Under the pieces are notes generated by a model. That model searched no databases and was not told the DNA's origin. It saw nothing but the letters and a program-made list of their open reading frames with translations. 64,000 nt of DNA from Octopus vulgaris (taxonomy: Eukaryota). Positions 26,690 through 44,070 of this stretch are shown one piece after another. Both the position numbers and the translations under genes were made by a program. The stretch spans positions 96,472,001 through 96,536,000 of the forward strand of contig OX597818.1 in the NCBI GenBank assembly GCA_951406725.2, given 5' to 3'. Within the stretch, counting starts at the first letter, position 1, and each line of letters starts with the position of its first letter.

Positions 26690-26926
26690 ATCTTTTACTT
26701 GTTTCAGTCAATTTAACTGCAGCGATGCTGAGGCACCGCCTAGGAGACTTTCTACCCGAATGAATTGACCCCAGTACTTTCTTTTTAAGCATGGTAATTA
26801 TTCTATTTGACTCTTTTCCCTAACCGTTAAGTTGCGACGACATAAACACACCAACACCGGTTGACAAGCGGAGGTGGTGAATAAACACAGACACGAGCGG
26901 GCATACACACACACACACACACACAC

Positions 26927-26957
<31 letters not shown>

Positions 26958-27035
26958 TGTATGTATGTATGTATGTATGTATGTATGTATGTATGTATGC
27001 ATGTATGTATGTATGTATATATATATATATGTATG

Positions 27036-27115
<80 letters not shown>

Positions 27116-27285
27116 TATATACATACATACACACGACGGGCTTCTTTCATCCGACGTCTACCAAATTCATGCACAAGGCTTTGGTCGGCCCGAGGATATA
27201 GTAGAAGACACTTGCCGAAGGTGCCACACAGTAGGACTGAACCCGGAACCCTGTAGTTGGAAAGTAAGCTTCTTATCACACAGCT
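26690..27285 (-). mobile_element. SINE family C with expanded internal (CA)/(TATG)/(TA) tract
   Basis: Both halves are recognisable on the minus strand around a ~235-bp microsatellite. Confidence 0.8.
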
Positions 27286-27514
27286 TCGCTTAAGGTTCTT
27301 TTTGTCTTTTTTGTGTTTGTGACATCGATATCATACTTAGGAACTAACTGGTAAATATAACATCTAATATATCGGTTAATCTAAAATATGTGTCAATGTC
27401 TCGATCATTATTATTTATGTTATTAATAACATTCGCAAGATGCAAATGATTTACTGTCTACTTTGTCAAATTATATACACATCTATTTATCTGTCTGCCT
27501 GTCTGTCTGTCTAA

Positions 27515-27554
<40 letters not shown>

Positions 27555-27713
27555 GGCTCTTTTTTCTGGAAATGAGAGTAAATGAAGCGCAATACACCAA
27601 CCAAACAATTCCATCTGAAAAGGACAATATCTCTTTCTCTCACTCTTTCTCCTTCTTTTTCTTTCTTTCCCCTCTCTCTTTATCCCTGTAAATTCATGTA
27701 CCATATATTTATA

Positions 27714-28581
27714 CTGTGTTAAGTAAAAGTTTTACAATATTTCGCTTTATTCATCAACAAAAGCTGCAAGGCGCCATTGTGTTGCACTGTCTGAAGTCAC
27801 TACTCTAATCTCACGCAGATATCAGTTCTTGTCATTCGAGATGACAAACTCTTTCACTGAAGTTTCCACCTTCCTTTGATTGATGAACCGTCGCGAGTAC
27901 AGGAAGTGAGCCATGGATCAATCCATGTAATAATCCGAGGATGCTAGTTCCGAACTAAAGGCTGGATGTGGCAAAAGATCGATTCCCTTATATTCCTAGC
28001 GTTTATTCTGGGTTGTTCGTGTGGTAAGAGGCCTTCCGTTGACTTGCTGAAGAAGAGCTCGCTTTCTGTTAACCAATGCTGAATGTTTTTGCCGCACAGT
28101 GACAAACATCCGCTCCAGCTGTTCTGAGTACATGTTGGCATCGATGGTTCCACCCCCCAGAACGATCTTGTAGTGATTTATCTCCTTGTAATTCCACCAG
28201 ATGCTGAGCCTCATCTTGTGTTCGAAACGGCCATGTTTGGCCACAGTTTCCGGAAGCTGGACCTCGCTTAACCACTGCTTATGCACGTTTTGATTGCTGA
28301 AAAATATCACCCGTGGATTATTAGTTGTTCCGATTAATAGCTCACTTCCTGCGCTTGTGACGCTTCATCAACCAAGAAGAGATGGAATCTTCTGTGAAGA
28401 ACTTCTTCTCCTCGACGGACAAGAACTGGCATCAGCGTGGGGTCAAGGAACTGGCAGAAAGTTGGTTTCAGACGACACAGCAAGACGGTATCTACTTTAA
28501 ATGCTAGGCTGTTTTTACTGTGATTTAACGAATAAAGTAAATATGTTACCAAAATATTGCAAAACTTTTGACTCAACACAC
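27714..28581. mobile_element. mariner (DD34D) remnant with two inverted 3' ends
   Basis: TIRs CTGTGTTAAGTAAAAGTTTTACAATATTT and its reverse complement at 28551-28580. Minus-strand transposase (SIWWNY..ALVNRKRALLQQ..HPAFSSELASSDY) plus a plus-strand second C-terminus at 28325-28506. Confidence 0.8.
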
Positions 28582-28749
28582 ACACACACACTCATATATA
28601 ATTTATTTAACGGATACAATACATGTCTTTAAATGCTATTAATGCTTTCATATGTTGAGAAATATCTCAAACATATCCATCAGGCAAAAACCACATATCA
28701 TATTGAAGTAAAATACTGAATAAGAAAAAAAACGCGAAAAAGTTGAGAA

Positions 28750-29600
28750 GGCGGCAACTCACAGATACTTAATATTTAATAGGCCTCCTGTGAAACTATC
28801 ATATATAGTTGCTGCACCAATATGAAGTGTATCGTTACATGAGGTCAATACCAAGAGCCTAAATCCATTTGTAACTGTTGCAACCCAGGTCCTGTCCACT
28901 TGACCAACGATGTATGATTAAATCTGTCATATAAGTTACTGCAACGCTAAATGATAATACAGCAGATAAGAGCTATATTGGACAATAATACAACAGATAA
29001 GAGCTATAATGAAGGAGAACTTATAAATCGCTATGTCAATCACATAGCCTCCTTTCGACATTAGGACAAAAGTAAAGCTACTAATTTGGTTAGCCATATA
29101 TAGAGTTTCGAAGCTAACGAAACACCCCATGTGATTAAATGGAAAATAATTGAGAAATCCACATCTTATGTTAATGGATCAAATAAATCTAGGCTACGTT
29201 TAGCTGAAAGAGTTCACTTACTTTTTAGATCGAAGATTCCTAACTCCATGCTGAAATTTTCAGCGGTTGCAAACATATGTATAAATATATTTTGAAGAAT
29301 TAGAAAATTCGCCTATACCTGATTAACTTGCTGATATCTTTCCAGCCTTATAATTTGAAGTCTAAGGAGGATAGCTCTTTTACCTTTTTTACTTTTTACA
29401 TTTTAGCTTTTAATTTTTCATTTTCCGTTTATTTTAACAATCTGCGTTTTCAATATGCTGCCTTCTCACCTTTTCCGCGTTTCTTCTCTAATTCAATTTT
29501 TTTAGTTCGTTATGATATGTGGTTTGTACCTGATGAATATGTACCTGATGACATATTTCTCAACATCTGAAACTATTAATGGCACTTAAAGACACGTACA
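28750..29600 (+). mobile_element. Penelope-like element (Neptune-type) GIY-YIG / C-terminal remnant with 3' end
   Basis: Decayed CNCCNPG-CPLDQRCMIKSVI Cys cluster, YIG, RYVNHIASFRH and KWKIIEKSTSYVNGSNK..GCKH; CTGATGA..GAAAC at ~29545-29573. Confidence 0.7.
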
Positions 29601-29716
29601 GTGTCCTTTAAATGAATAATAGTATTTTTAAAATCTTTCTAACTGTATGAGTGTGTGCGTGTCTGTGTCTGTGTGTATGTATGCGTGTATGTGTGTATGT
29701 ATATATGACTATTTAG

Positions 29717-29744
<28 letters not shown>

Positions 29745-29747
<3 letters not shown>

Positions 29748-30159
29748 CTCTCTTTTTACTCTTTTACTTGTTTCAGTCATTTGACTGCGGCCATGCTGGA
29801 GCACCGCCTTTAATCGAGCAACTCGACCCCGGGACTTATTCTTTTGCTGAACCGCTAAGTAACGGGGACATAAACACACCAGCATCGGTTGTCAAGCAAT
29901 GCTAGGGGGACAAACACAGACACACACAAACACACAAACACACACACGCACATATATACATATATATACATATATACGACGGGATTCTTTCAGTTTCTGT
30001 CTACCAAATCCACTCACAAGGCTTTGGTCGGCCCGAGGCTATAGTAGAAGATACTTGCCCAAGGTGCCACGCAGTGGGACTGAACCCGGAACCATGTGGT
30101 TGGTAAAGAAGCTACTTACCACAAGTAAATATGCTACTTACCACACAGCCACTCCTGCG

Positions 30160-30162
<3 letters not shown>
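29745..30162 (-). mobile_element. SINE family C, young copy in (TA)n
   Basis: Near-identical to the 35886 copy in reverse orientation. Confidence 0.9.
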
Positions 30163-30197
<35 letters not shown>

Positions 30198-30202
<5 letters not shown>

Positions 30203-30425
30203 AAAAAGAAAAACATTCGAACGATCTTGGACGAATTTCTTCAAGAAATACCAAGCAAACAAGCAACATCAGAATACATTTCTGGCCAAGAGTAGCTTCC
30301 TATGCCAGTGGGATACGGTGTCACAAAACATAACTTAACAGGGTGTTCTAGACGGTGCAATTAATTTAAACATGGCCTGCACAAGTGGTGGCCGACACCT
30401 AAGTTATTTAAGATTTATGTATATG
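30198..30425 (+). mobile_element. short CR1/L2-like LINE 3' end
   Basis: Reads ..NDLGRIS / LDEFLQEIP-like C-terminal motif followed by a short UTR and (TACA)n. Confidence 0.35.
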
Positions 30426-30437
30426 TACATTACGAAA

Positions 30438-30471
<34 letters not shown>

Positions 30472-30670
30472 CATACATACATACATATAAATACATATAT
30501 TGAAATGAAGGGAGAGGGAGCAAGAGAGAAATCAGCGGAATTTGATTCTTAAGGGCACTATATGATATACTATACTTTAAATCTATAACAATCGATTATT
30601 TCTGCTGGATATAGAATACGATTTCTAAAACTATTGCTTTGCCAGCGATGCTATCTAAAACAAATTACTA

Positions 30671-30734
<64 letters not shown>

Positions 30735-30786
30735 CATATACATATGTATGTGTATGTATTATGTATTCATGTTTGTGTTTGTGTGC

Positions 30787-30903
<117 letters not shown>

Positions 30904-31211
30904 GCACGAGGAGTAAAAATATTTCGTTAAAATTAGATTTAACATAATTCAAATTTACATAAGCAACAACAGCTTCTCAACGCTTTTTGTTAAAAAGGTT
31001 TCAGCAGAAATAACATAAAATGAAAATAGAAATGGAAAATAAATTTAATATATTACCATAATTTATTTAGACTTGGTTCCTGTTTTTCATTTTTCTAAAA
31101 CGTTTTCTGCTCACCTTACGTGCGCAAAACAAATGGATGAGAGTGAGAATGATTTTTTGTGTATCTCTGTCAATCAATATTTTTGTCTATTTGCCTGTAT
31201 ATGTATGCACG

Positions 31212-31305
<94 letters not shown>

Positions 31306-31357
31306 ATGAGTAGATAGATAGATGTATATATATACATATACATATACATATGTACAT

Positions 31358-31415
<58 letters not shown>

Positions 31416-31612
31416 CGTATATACACATACATATACACACTTCTCACTGTTATTGCTTTTTTTACTATTGTACACTAAGTAAACTTCCTTTGTTTATTCC
31501 AAACTGTGCATACTTCATTTTTTATAATCATTTTATTACATGTTAACCCTCTCTCTTTATGTCTGTCTTTGTATTGTTTCCCTCATCCTATGCCCTGGAG
31601 GTAAATAGAGGA

Positions 31613-35736
<4,124 letters not shown>

Positions 35737-35885
35737 TTCATTTATTTGCCACAAGGATGCAAAATGAGGGTGATACAAAGACAGATATAAATTGTGGGGG
35801 GTTTACATATAATGAGATGATAATAAAAGAAAGAAAGAAAGAAAATACATGGTATACACCAAAAGGGAAGGGACCCATGCATAGC

Positions 35886-36348
<463 letters not shown>

Positions 36349-36937
36349 TAGCATACAAAAGTTTAAAAAACAAGAAAAAAGATGTGGCGGGGAAGATGAT
36401 AGAGTTGTGGCACTCCTGATATAAGAAGGCCTCTAGGGATAATCGAAGGACCTCCAATGTCCAGGATTTCCCTGAAACCCCATGAGCAAGTGCCCTCTCC
36501 AATTCCTTCTCTCCGACTCACAGGTCTACACTTAGAGAGGTACCATCCACTCTTGCCATTTTCGCATCTTTCACCTGCGTGTGTGTGTGTGCATGTGTGT
36601 GTGTGCGTGAGTGTGCGTTTGTGTGTGCTTGTCACCCACCACAACCGCTGGTGTTGGTTCGTTTACATCCCTGTAAAAAGAAAGAAATCCAATAGAATAT
36701 TACCAGGCTATAAAAAAATAAGTAGTGGGGTCGATTTTTCGACTAAGACATTTAAAATACAGTTTGAAATCGTACATAAATAGAAATTTTTATTAAAATT
36801 TCATATCTCCACCTATTTAAAGTCAAACTGGGCCAGATATCTACTAGAGTATTAGAAATTAATATGGCCTGTAAGTAGGGTGTTTATAAAGTGCCATATA
36901 TTAATTAACGTATAATGTATGGCTAATATCTAAATTA

Positions 36938-37112
36938 TGACAGAATCGTCAGCACATCGGGTAATATGCTTAGCAGCATTTTGTCCGTCTTTATTTTCTG
37001 AGCTGAAATTCCGCCGAGGTCTACTTTGCCTTTTTTTTACTTTCGGGATTGATGTAATCGACTTACTCACTTCCCCGAAATTGCTGACCTTGTGCCAAAA
37101 TTTGAAACCATT
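36938..37112 (+). mobile_element. old SINE family D copy
   Basis: CAGAATCGTCAGCAC..AAATTCCGCCGAGGTCTACTTTGCC. Confidence 0.6.
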
Positions 37113-37457
37113 ATCTAAACTGCGACAGAATCAAAACGATATTGTGGCTTAATCTAGAAGAAAATGACCGATATTTGGTCCTAACATAAGAAATATAAAA
37201 TCACCGTGTTTAGTAATTCGAGTTTTATGGCGACAGCATGTTTAGTGGTTGCGACTCCTTAAAAAAAAAGGAAAAGAAAACGAATTAATGTCTCCAGTTT
37301 AACAGTGACTTAAGGTGTATTTCTTTCAACCGTTTATTATATCATATTAAAACATAAATCTTGATATATGATGTTTAAGATATATAATCATTTCTATTAA
37401 AGACGGATACTTTTTCAGCAAACACAAAAAAGTATTTCGTACACACACACAAACATG

Positions 37458-37491
<34 letters not shown>

Positions 37492-37540
37492 TGCATGTAT
37501 GTATGAATATGTATATGTATATATACAGGTATATTGATAC

Positions 37541-37614
<74 letters not shown>

Positions 37615-38475
37615 GTGTACGAAATACTTGTTAGTTTGATAACTATCTCATTATCCCAATTTAATACACACACATACATACATAATTACGTACATACGAA
37701 ATATTTGTTAGTGTTTTGGTTGTCCCATTATACCTCTTAGATATACATTTAATAACTTGTAAGTGAAATTGGTAAACGGGAAATGTGTGGAAGCCTGTGG
37801 TATATACATACATACACACAAACACACAAATACACACACGCGCGCGTATGTATATATGTGCATGCACTTTATTTTTTTATTCTCACACCGCTTGAAAATC
37901 GGTGTTGGTTTGCTTACAACTCCGTAACTTCGCTATTCAGCGAAAGAAATCCTATAGAATTAGTACCAAACTTAGAAAGATTAAGCAAGGGGTTAGATAT
38001 GTTCGACAAAACCTCTCAAGGTGGTACTCCAGCATGGCTGCAGTCCGATTAAAAGCATTTTTACCCTAATGTTTACACGCTGATATTTATGTTATTTGTT
38101 TCGTGTGATACCATTGTTATATCGCACGTTCGGATGACCTCTACTCAACTTCTGACGTCTAGACTTCTCCCTCTATATCTACGTATTGGGCTAGCCTACT
38201 TCATCGTCTAGGGGCGTCCACACAACAACAATTCAAAAAGGAAAGTATTATTTCATGTTATCGCAAGTTTCTGTACTCTAATGACATCACCAACTTACAA
38301 CTCTCGCGGATAAGAAGAGAGTTTCTAAAATGGACAGAGAAATTGAGAGAAGTGATTTTGTTCAATGGTAGAACGTCTGTCATGTTTACAGGAGATGTAA
38401 GCTCGAATCCCTCTGGCAACCTTCGACTTTTTCTACCGAAAAGGGGGTTTTCTACCCAATATTTACACGCCATTA

Positions 38476-38626
38476 GGGCGGCGAGCAGGTCGACTTTGCC
38501 TTTCATCCTTTCGGGGTCGATTAAATAAGTTCCAGTTACGCACTGGGGTTGATATAATCGGCTTAATCCCTTTGTCCTTGTTTGTCCCCTCTGTGTTTAG
38601 TCCCCTGTGGGCAATAAAGAAATAAA
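38476..38626 (+). mobile_element. SINE family D, internally deleted
   Basis: GGCGGCGAGC joined directly to AGGTCGACTTTGCCTTTCATCC; tail as in the 2874 copy. Confidence 0.75.
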
Positions 38627-38949
38627 TATTTAGATGCCACAATCGCCAAAACAGAATTACTTCATGCTCTCTCGAAGTTTGTATATTCGTATGAAGACAA
38701 TTGTTCGCACATATATATTATCAGTTGATATACAAACACTTGTGTAGCTCCTACAATTCTTCTCCATTCATTTATTCTTCAGGTTTTGTTATCTTTTGCA
38801 TATTATCTGCATAATGTTATCAATCCGGTGTTTTTTTTAATTCTTGGTCTTTTTTCCAGGGCTTCTTTAGCAACCAACAAGTTTAGCAGCCCATCTGCCT
38901 TTATACTATACCAAAGCACCTTCATCTTTATATTTCTGAGTTTCCACTT

Positions 38950-40258
38950 AATTCCTGTTTGGTCCTATACATAGCGATTTAGCATTTTTGACAATCTAAT
39001 CCCTTGGCATTATTAATCTGACCAGGCTGAAATTCAAAACAAAGGTTGTACTTCACTCATTAGGGAACTTTTATACGCTGACGATTGCAGTCTTGTCAGT
39101 CATTCTGAAACAGGTCTGCAATCACTTGTATCTACATGATGATTTTGGGTTGACCATCAACTTGAAGAAAACAGTTGTAATACATCAACCTGCATGGTGC
39201 TGTTTGTAACCCCGCTAAAATTTTTGTTAAAGGTAAGTTACTTGAGGTTGTTATCTACCTTGGAAGCTCTGTACAAAACGATGAAAATCTTGATACAGAA
39301 ATACATCTGCGAATTCAAAGAGCAGCCAAAGTATTTGGTGACTTGGAGTCACGCGTTTGGCACCAGCGACATATAAATAACAACACAAATTTGGCTCTTT
39401 ACAAATCATTTGTCTAACCATCCTTGTTGCATTCTTGTGAAACATGGGCATATTATTCAAGACATTTTAAATTGTTAGAACAATTGCACCAAAAATTCTT
39501 TCATCTCATTTTAAACATTAAATGGAGTTCTTTTACTCCTAACACAGATGTCCTTGAATCTGAAGGCATCACCTCAATTAAAGCTATGATTTTGAGAACC
39601 TAAATGAGATGGTGTGGTGAATGAACGCATGCCCAAACAGCTGTTTTATGGTGAGCTTGCACAGAGGAAACGCTATCGGCATAAACTTAAAAAGAGGTTT
39701 AAGGACGGCATAAGGACTATTATGAAGTCACTTGGAATGGAAACAGAGGACATAGAAAGCCTTGCATTGGATTGAGCTGGATGGCGAACAAAAATGTGTT
39801 GTGGAGTGAAACCGTTTGAAGAGGCCAGGATAACGCATACGAGACTCAAAAAAAGATTTAAAGAAGAATGTTACGATCGAGAAGGTGAAACACAATGAAC
39901 TTTTTGTGTGCACAGTTTGTGACAGATCATGCATTTCTTTTGCTGGGCTCAAATTTCATTAGCGAACCCATGGAAAACGAACCGCCACCAACTATTCTGC
40001 CCATATGTCTGTGCACACCTTTGAATGCAATGTATGCCAGATGGTTTGCAAATCTAACGGAGGTCTCAAAAGACATTTTAAGATTCACAAAGGTCAGAAC
40101 TTATCTGCAGCTCTTAGTGGTCCAAATCGAATATGCAATCTATGTGTGTCTTTCCAGAACATTGTCTGGTTTAAAAAGCCAGATCAGATGTCACGATGGT
40201 TCTAAGGTGTAGGTACAGGAGGTGGTCAAACTCTGCATAAGAAGTAGACAATCGCCAT
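38950..40258 (+). mobile_element. RTE-clade LINE 3' portion (decayed RT plus C-terminal C2H2 zinc fingers)
   Basis: LIRELLYADDCSLVSHSETGLQ, FGLTINLKKT, YLGS, RMPKQLFYGEL, then FECNVCQMVCKSNGGLKRHFKIH; ends before a (GTAT)-like tail. Confidence 0.85.
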
Positions 40259-41196
40259 GTATACGTGTATGTATCTATGTGTGTATGCATATATGTGTGC
40301 GCGCGTGTATGTGTCTGTATGTGTTTTTATTAGTGTATGTATGTGTGTATGTATGTATGACATATTTAAATGTACATATGTTTCTATGGGGTTTACTTTA
40401 AATGTTCTTCCTCAACAGACTTCAAAGCATTTTGTTGGGGTTTCGCTTGCTGGATATGGCATGCATATATAAGTGCGGAATACTGCGAAACGCTACAATG
40501 GAAACAGTAATATGACACAAACAAAACAGATCTGATATTTGTCTATATGACAGGGAAGTAAAGCCCTGTAGCGTTGTGGAAGCCAACTACCCAATGGATA
40601 TGAGCATCTATCCCAAAATAGAGGAAAAAATATACATTTATGGTGAATTCATCGAGAACTTATTACTCTTGCATTGAAGTTATAAATTCGCATTTATCCC
40701 TGTTATCATAAATAAACTGAGATGTTTATGCATCTCAGGTTTACATGTAAGCCTCGATGCACTGGGATTTTCCAAGAAAGAGCTAAGCAAGAAGAGTCGA
40801 ACTTTCCAAACCCAATAGATTGGTGGAGATTTGTAAAAGATTAAAACATTCTGCATTTCAGTTTCCTGGAGTTAACGTATGCACTCAGCTACACCTGTTC
40901 ATGTGTCATACACACAAGTTTATTAAGGAGACGTGTAACAACACGATTTGTGTGCAAGCATATCTAAGCCTATATAGAGCATCATGTCTGCACACAGTCA
41001 ATCATGTGTAACTCCAGGAACTCTATTGACTAAATATACATCCATGCACATATACATGAGTACATGCACGTATACATACGTATATTCACACATAGATGCA
41101 TACATGCTTGTGTGCATGCATGCACCTATGCAGACATACATAAGAACTTACATGCATACAAGCATGCGTGCATACATGTAATACATGTTCACATAC

Positions 41197-41316
41197 ATAT
41201 ATGCATGCTTGCATATACACATACATGCATATATGCATGCTTGCATATACACATACATGCATATATGCATGCTTGCATATATACATACATGCATGTATAC
41301 GTGCATGCTTGTATAC
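41197..41316. repeat. 32-bp minisatellite (about 3.5 units)
   Basis: ATATATGCATGCTTGCATATACACATACATGC at 41197, 41229 and 41261. Confidence 0.8.
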
Positions 41317-42275
41317 GTTAATAAATAATGATACTGCATACATGCATACATATTCATGCATTCACACATACAAACATATATACATACAGACATATACACA
41401 AATTACATACGTACATACATACATACAGACATACATTCATACATACCTGTATATTTAACATTTGAGGTTTTCCTTCAGTTTTTTTTTCTTCATTTGGGTA
41501 GAACGACTGTTTGACCTTGTTGAATTTTATCATCACATGCAAAAAGCTGGCATATATTTATGAGTGGAGCAAAATAGAACAGACGAGAACATTTCCTATT
41601 TTCCTGAGCTTGGACGTCGTCCAAAAAGATCTCCGTAATCAATTATTGAATAACATTCCTGTTTTGGAGGCAGACAGATTGCCAAATTCGGAAGAATAAA
41701 AAAAATAATAATAATAAACTAAAAACATACGTAGTCATGAATAAACTAACTGAACGTTGTTGATGTACTTTAAAACAATATATATACATATATACACATA
41801 CAGACACACGCACGCACACACAGTCGCACACATACACACACCGACACTCACAAGCACACACACACACGAATACATATGCGTGTGTGTATGGTCAATATAT
41901 CGATGGAAATTCACTGATGTAGAGTTAGATGTAACTGGCAGATATCTCTCCTTATCGCAGTGTATTATCTACTTGGTCGAGTACCGTGACTGTACCTCAT
42001 AAAATATTTTTGTTTTGTTGAATCTCTTTAAATTATGATCAAGGATAAATTTAAACTCCTGCGAAACCAACAAATCAGACTACAATGATCTATAAATAAG
42101 TTACAGTACTGTTATACCAGACACAAGTACAGCAACAGGCGTGCACAGCAACTGACAAATAAGCTATTTATTCTTTCACATAATGAATTTATACACACAC
42201 ATACGCACACACACTTGTATGTATGTATATATATACATATGTGTGTATGTATGTATGTATGTATGTATATATGTA

Positions 42276-42321
<46 letters not shown>

Positions 42322-42364
42322 TGTATGTATATATGTATATATATATATTTATTTATTTATTTAT

Positions 42365-42672
42365 GCACCCTTTTCAAGCCTAGCCGGCCTCATGGGCCCG
42401 GTTTCCCGGTTTCTATGGCGTATGTGTTCCCCCCACCCCAGCTGGACGGGACGCCAGTTTATCGCAGCGTTACTCAAGAAACAGGAAGAAAGAGTGAGAG
42501 AAAGTTGGGGCGAAAGACTACAACAGGGGTTGCCAACATCCCCTGCCGGAGGCTCGTGGAGCTTTAGGTGTTTTCTCTCAATAAACACGCACAACGGCCA
42601 GTCTGGGAATCAAAACTGCGATCTTCCGACCGCGAGTCCGCTGCCCTAACCACTGGGTCATTGCATCTCCAC
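42365..42672 (-). mobile_element. SINE, head A plus tail T2
   Basis: Matches the 22122 copy and retains the segment that copy has lost. Confidence 0.9.
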
Positions 42673-42705
42673 ACACACGCATATATATATATGAAGAGAA
42701 GAAGA

Positions 42706-43022
42706 AACCCCCTTCGGTCATGAATGACCATGGGATTGCACCTAGAAAGTTACCCTCTGAGATACAAGTCCGGGCAAGGTTGTTTGTGGAAGGCCAGCAG
42801 ACGCCCTGCATACCAGCCTCCCTTCTCCACACCACAGATATTATCCAAGGGAAAAGGCAAAGGCCGATACAGCTTGCCACCAGTGATGTTGCAACTCATT
42901 TCTACAGCTGAGTGAACTGGAGCAACGTGAAATAAAGTGTCTTGCTCAAGAACACAACACGCAGCCCGGTCCGGGAATCGAACTCACAACCTCACGATCG
43001 TAAGCTCGACGCTCTAACCACT
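42706..43022 (-). mobile_element. SINE, head B plus tail T3
   Basis: Highly similar to 11345-11679. Confidence 0.9.
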
Positions 43023-43206
43023 ATATGTATGTATATATATATAGCAGACTTCATTAATTATACAAGTACCTTCGGCACCGTCATACTGCACTTCAATAGT
43101 ATAGTACTCCACTAGTTCGATTCGGCTACCTGCGAAACATTAATTCGCATAGAGTCGAATGCATAGATACATACGTAGACACACACACTTACATACCCAC
43201 ATATTT

Positions 43207-43300
<94 letters not shown>

Positions 43301-43318
43301 TTACTTATATATATATAT

Positions 43319-43564
43319 CGTGGCTATTGTGCAAAAATGTCGTAAGTCCAAAACGTTGCTTTTTCAGAAAAGGAAAAAATAGCTGCACTATTCCATAGCA
43401 AAACTCTTGTACTACAATTTGACAATTCTTGATATCCAGGCATCTGAAGTAGCTGGAGATACGGTAGCTTGACCAAAAGAACCGGCTGTTGCAAGCAAAA
43501 ATAAATATTGAAAATACGCATTTGGCCAAATTTGGATATACGGCTGTTTAGCATAATAGCAACG
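43319..43564. mobile_element. MITE with about 40-bp imperfect TIRs inserted in (AT)n
   Basis: CGTGGCTATTGTGCAAAAATGTCGTAAGTCCAAA versus the reverse complement of TTTGGATATACGGCTGTTTAGCATAATAGCAACG; a second partial copy lies at 62560-62660. Confidence 0.7.
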
Positions 43565-43622
43565 ATATATGTGTGCGTGTGTGTGTCTGTCTGTCTTTGT
43601 GAGTGAGTGTGTGTGTGTATGT

Positions 43623-44070
43623 ACAATTATAAACAAGGACAAAAGAAAAAGATTTCTATGCCAATATGCTGAGAATAGACTTTAAATCGTCAATCACCAC
43701 ATACTTGCTTCTGCTTTTTTCCATGGGTGCTTGTAAGTATTTCATTTATTTCTTATCGTATTCTCTACTGAAGAGGGGAAAATCCGTTGGATTAATTCCA
43801 AAATTGATTCAATATAGAGATAACGAAGTTTTAAAAAAAATTCTGTTAGTTTGCCTTCCTCGATTTCAGCACGACGTGTATTCATGGTGAATGTATATTG
43901 TAATGTGGTGATTGACGATTTAAAGTCTATTCTCAGCATATTGGCATAGAAATTTTTTTTTTCTTTTTCCCTTGTTTATAATTGTTTATAATTTTCACCT
44001 TTAAAGGTATATAAATATGCTGGCCACTTTGATGGAATTTTCGGAATAAAATTTTATCCTATATTAGAAG
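43623..44070 (+). mobile_element. fold-back insert 3: PLE-like 3' end with inverted arm and hammerhead motif
   Basis: 43623-43701 is inverted to ~43903-43985; hammerhead at 43762-43820; ends in (TA)n. Confidence 0.8.
43762..43820 (+). ncRNA. type I hammerhead ribozyme motif (G12 mutated)
   Basis: TCTCTA-CTGAAGA-GGGGAAAATCC GTT GGATTAATTCC-AAAA-TTGATTCAA-TA-TAGAGA: stems I, II and III all pair; GAAA reads AAAA. Confidence 0.65.
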
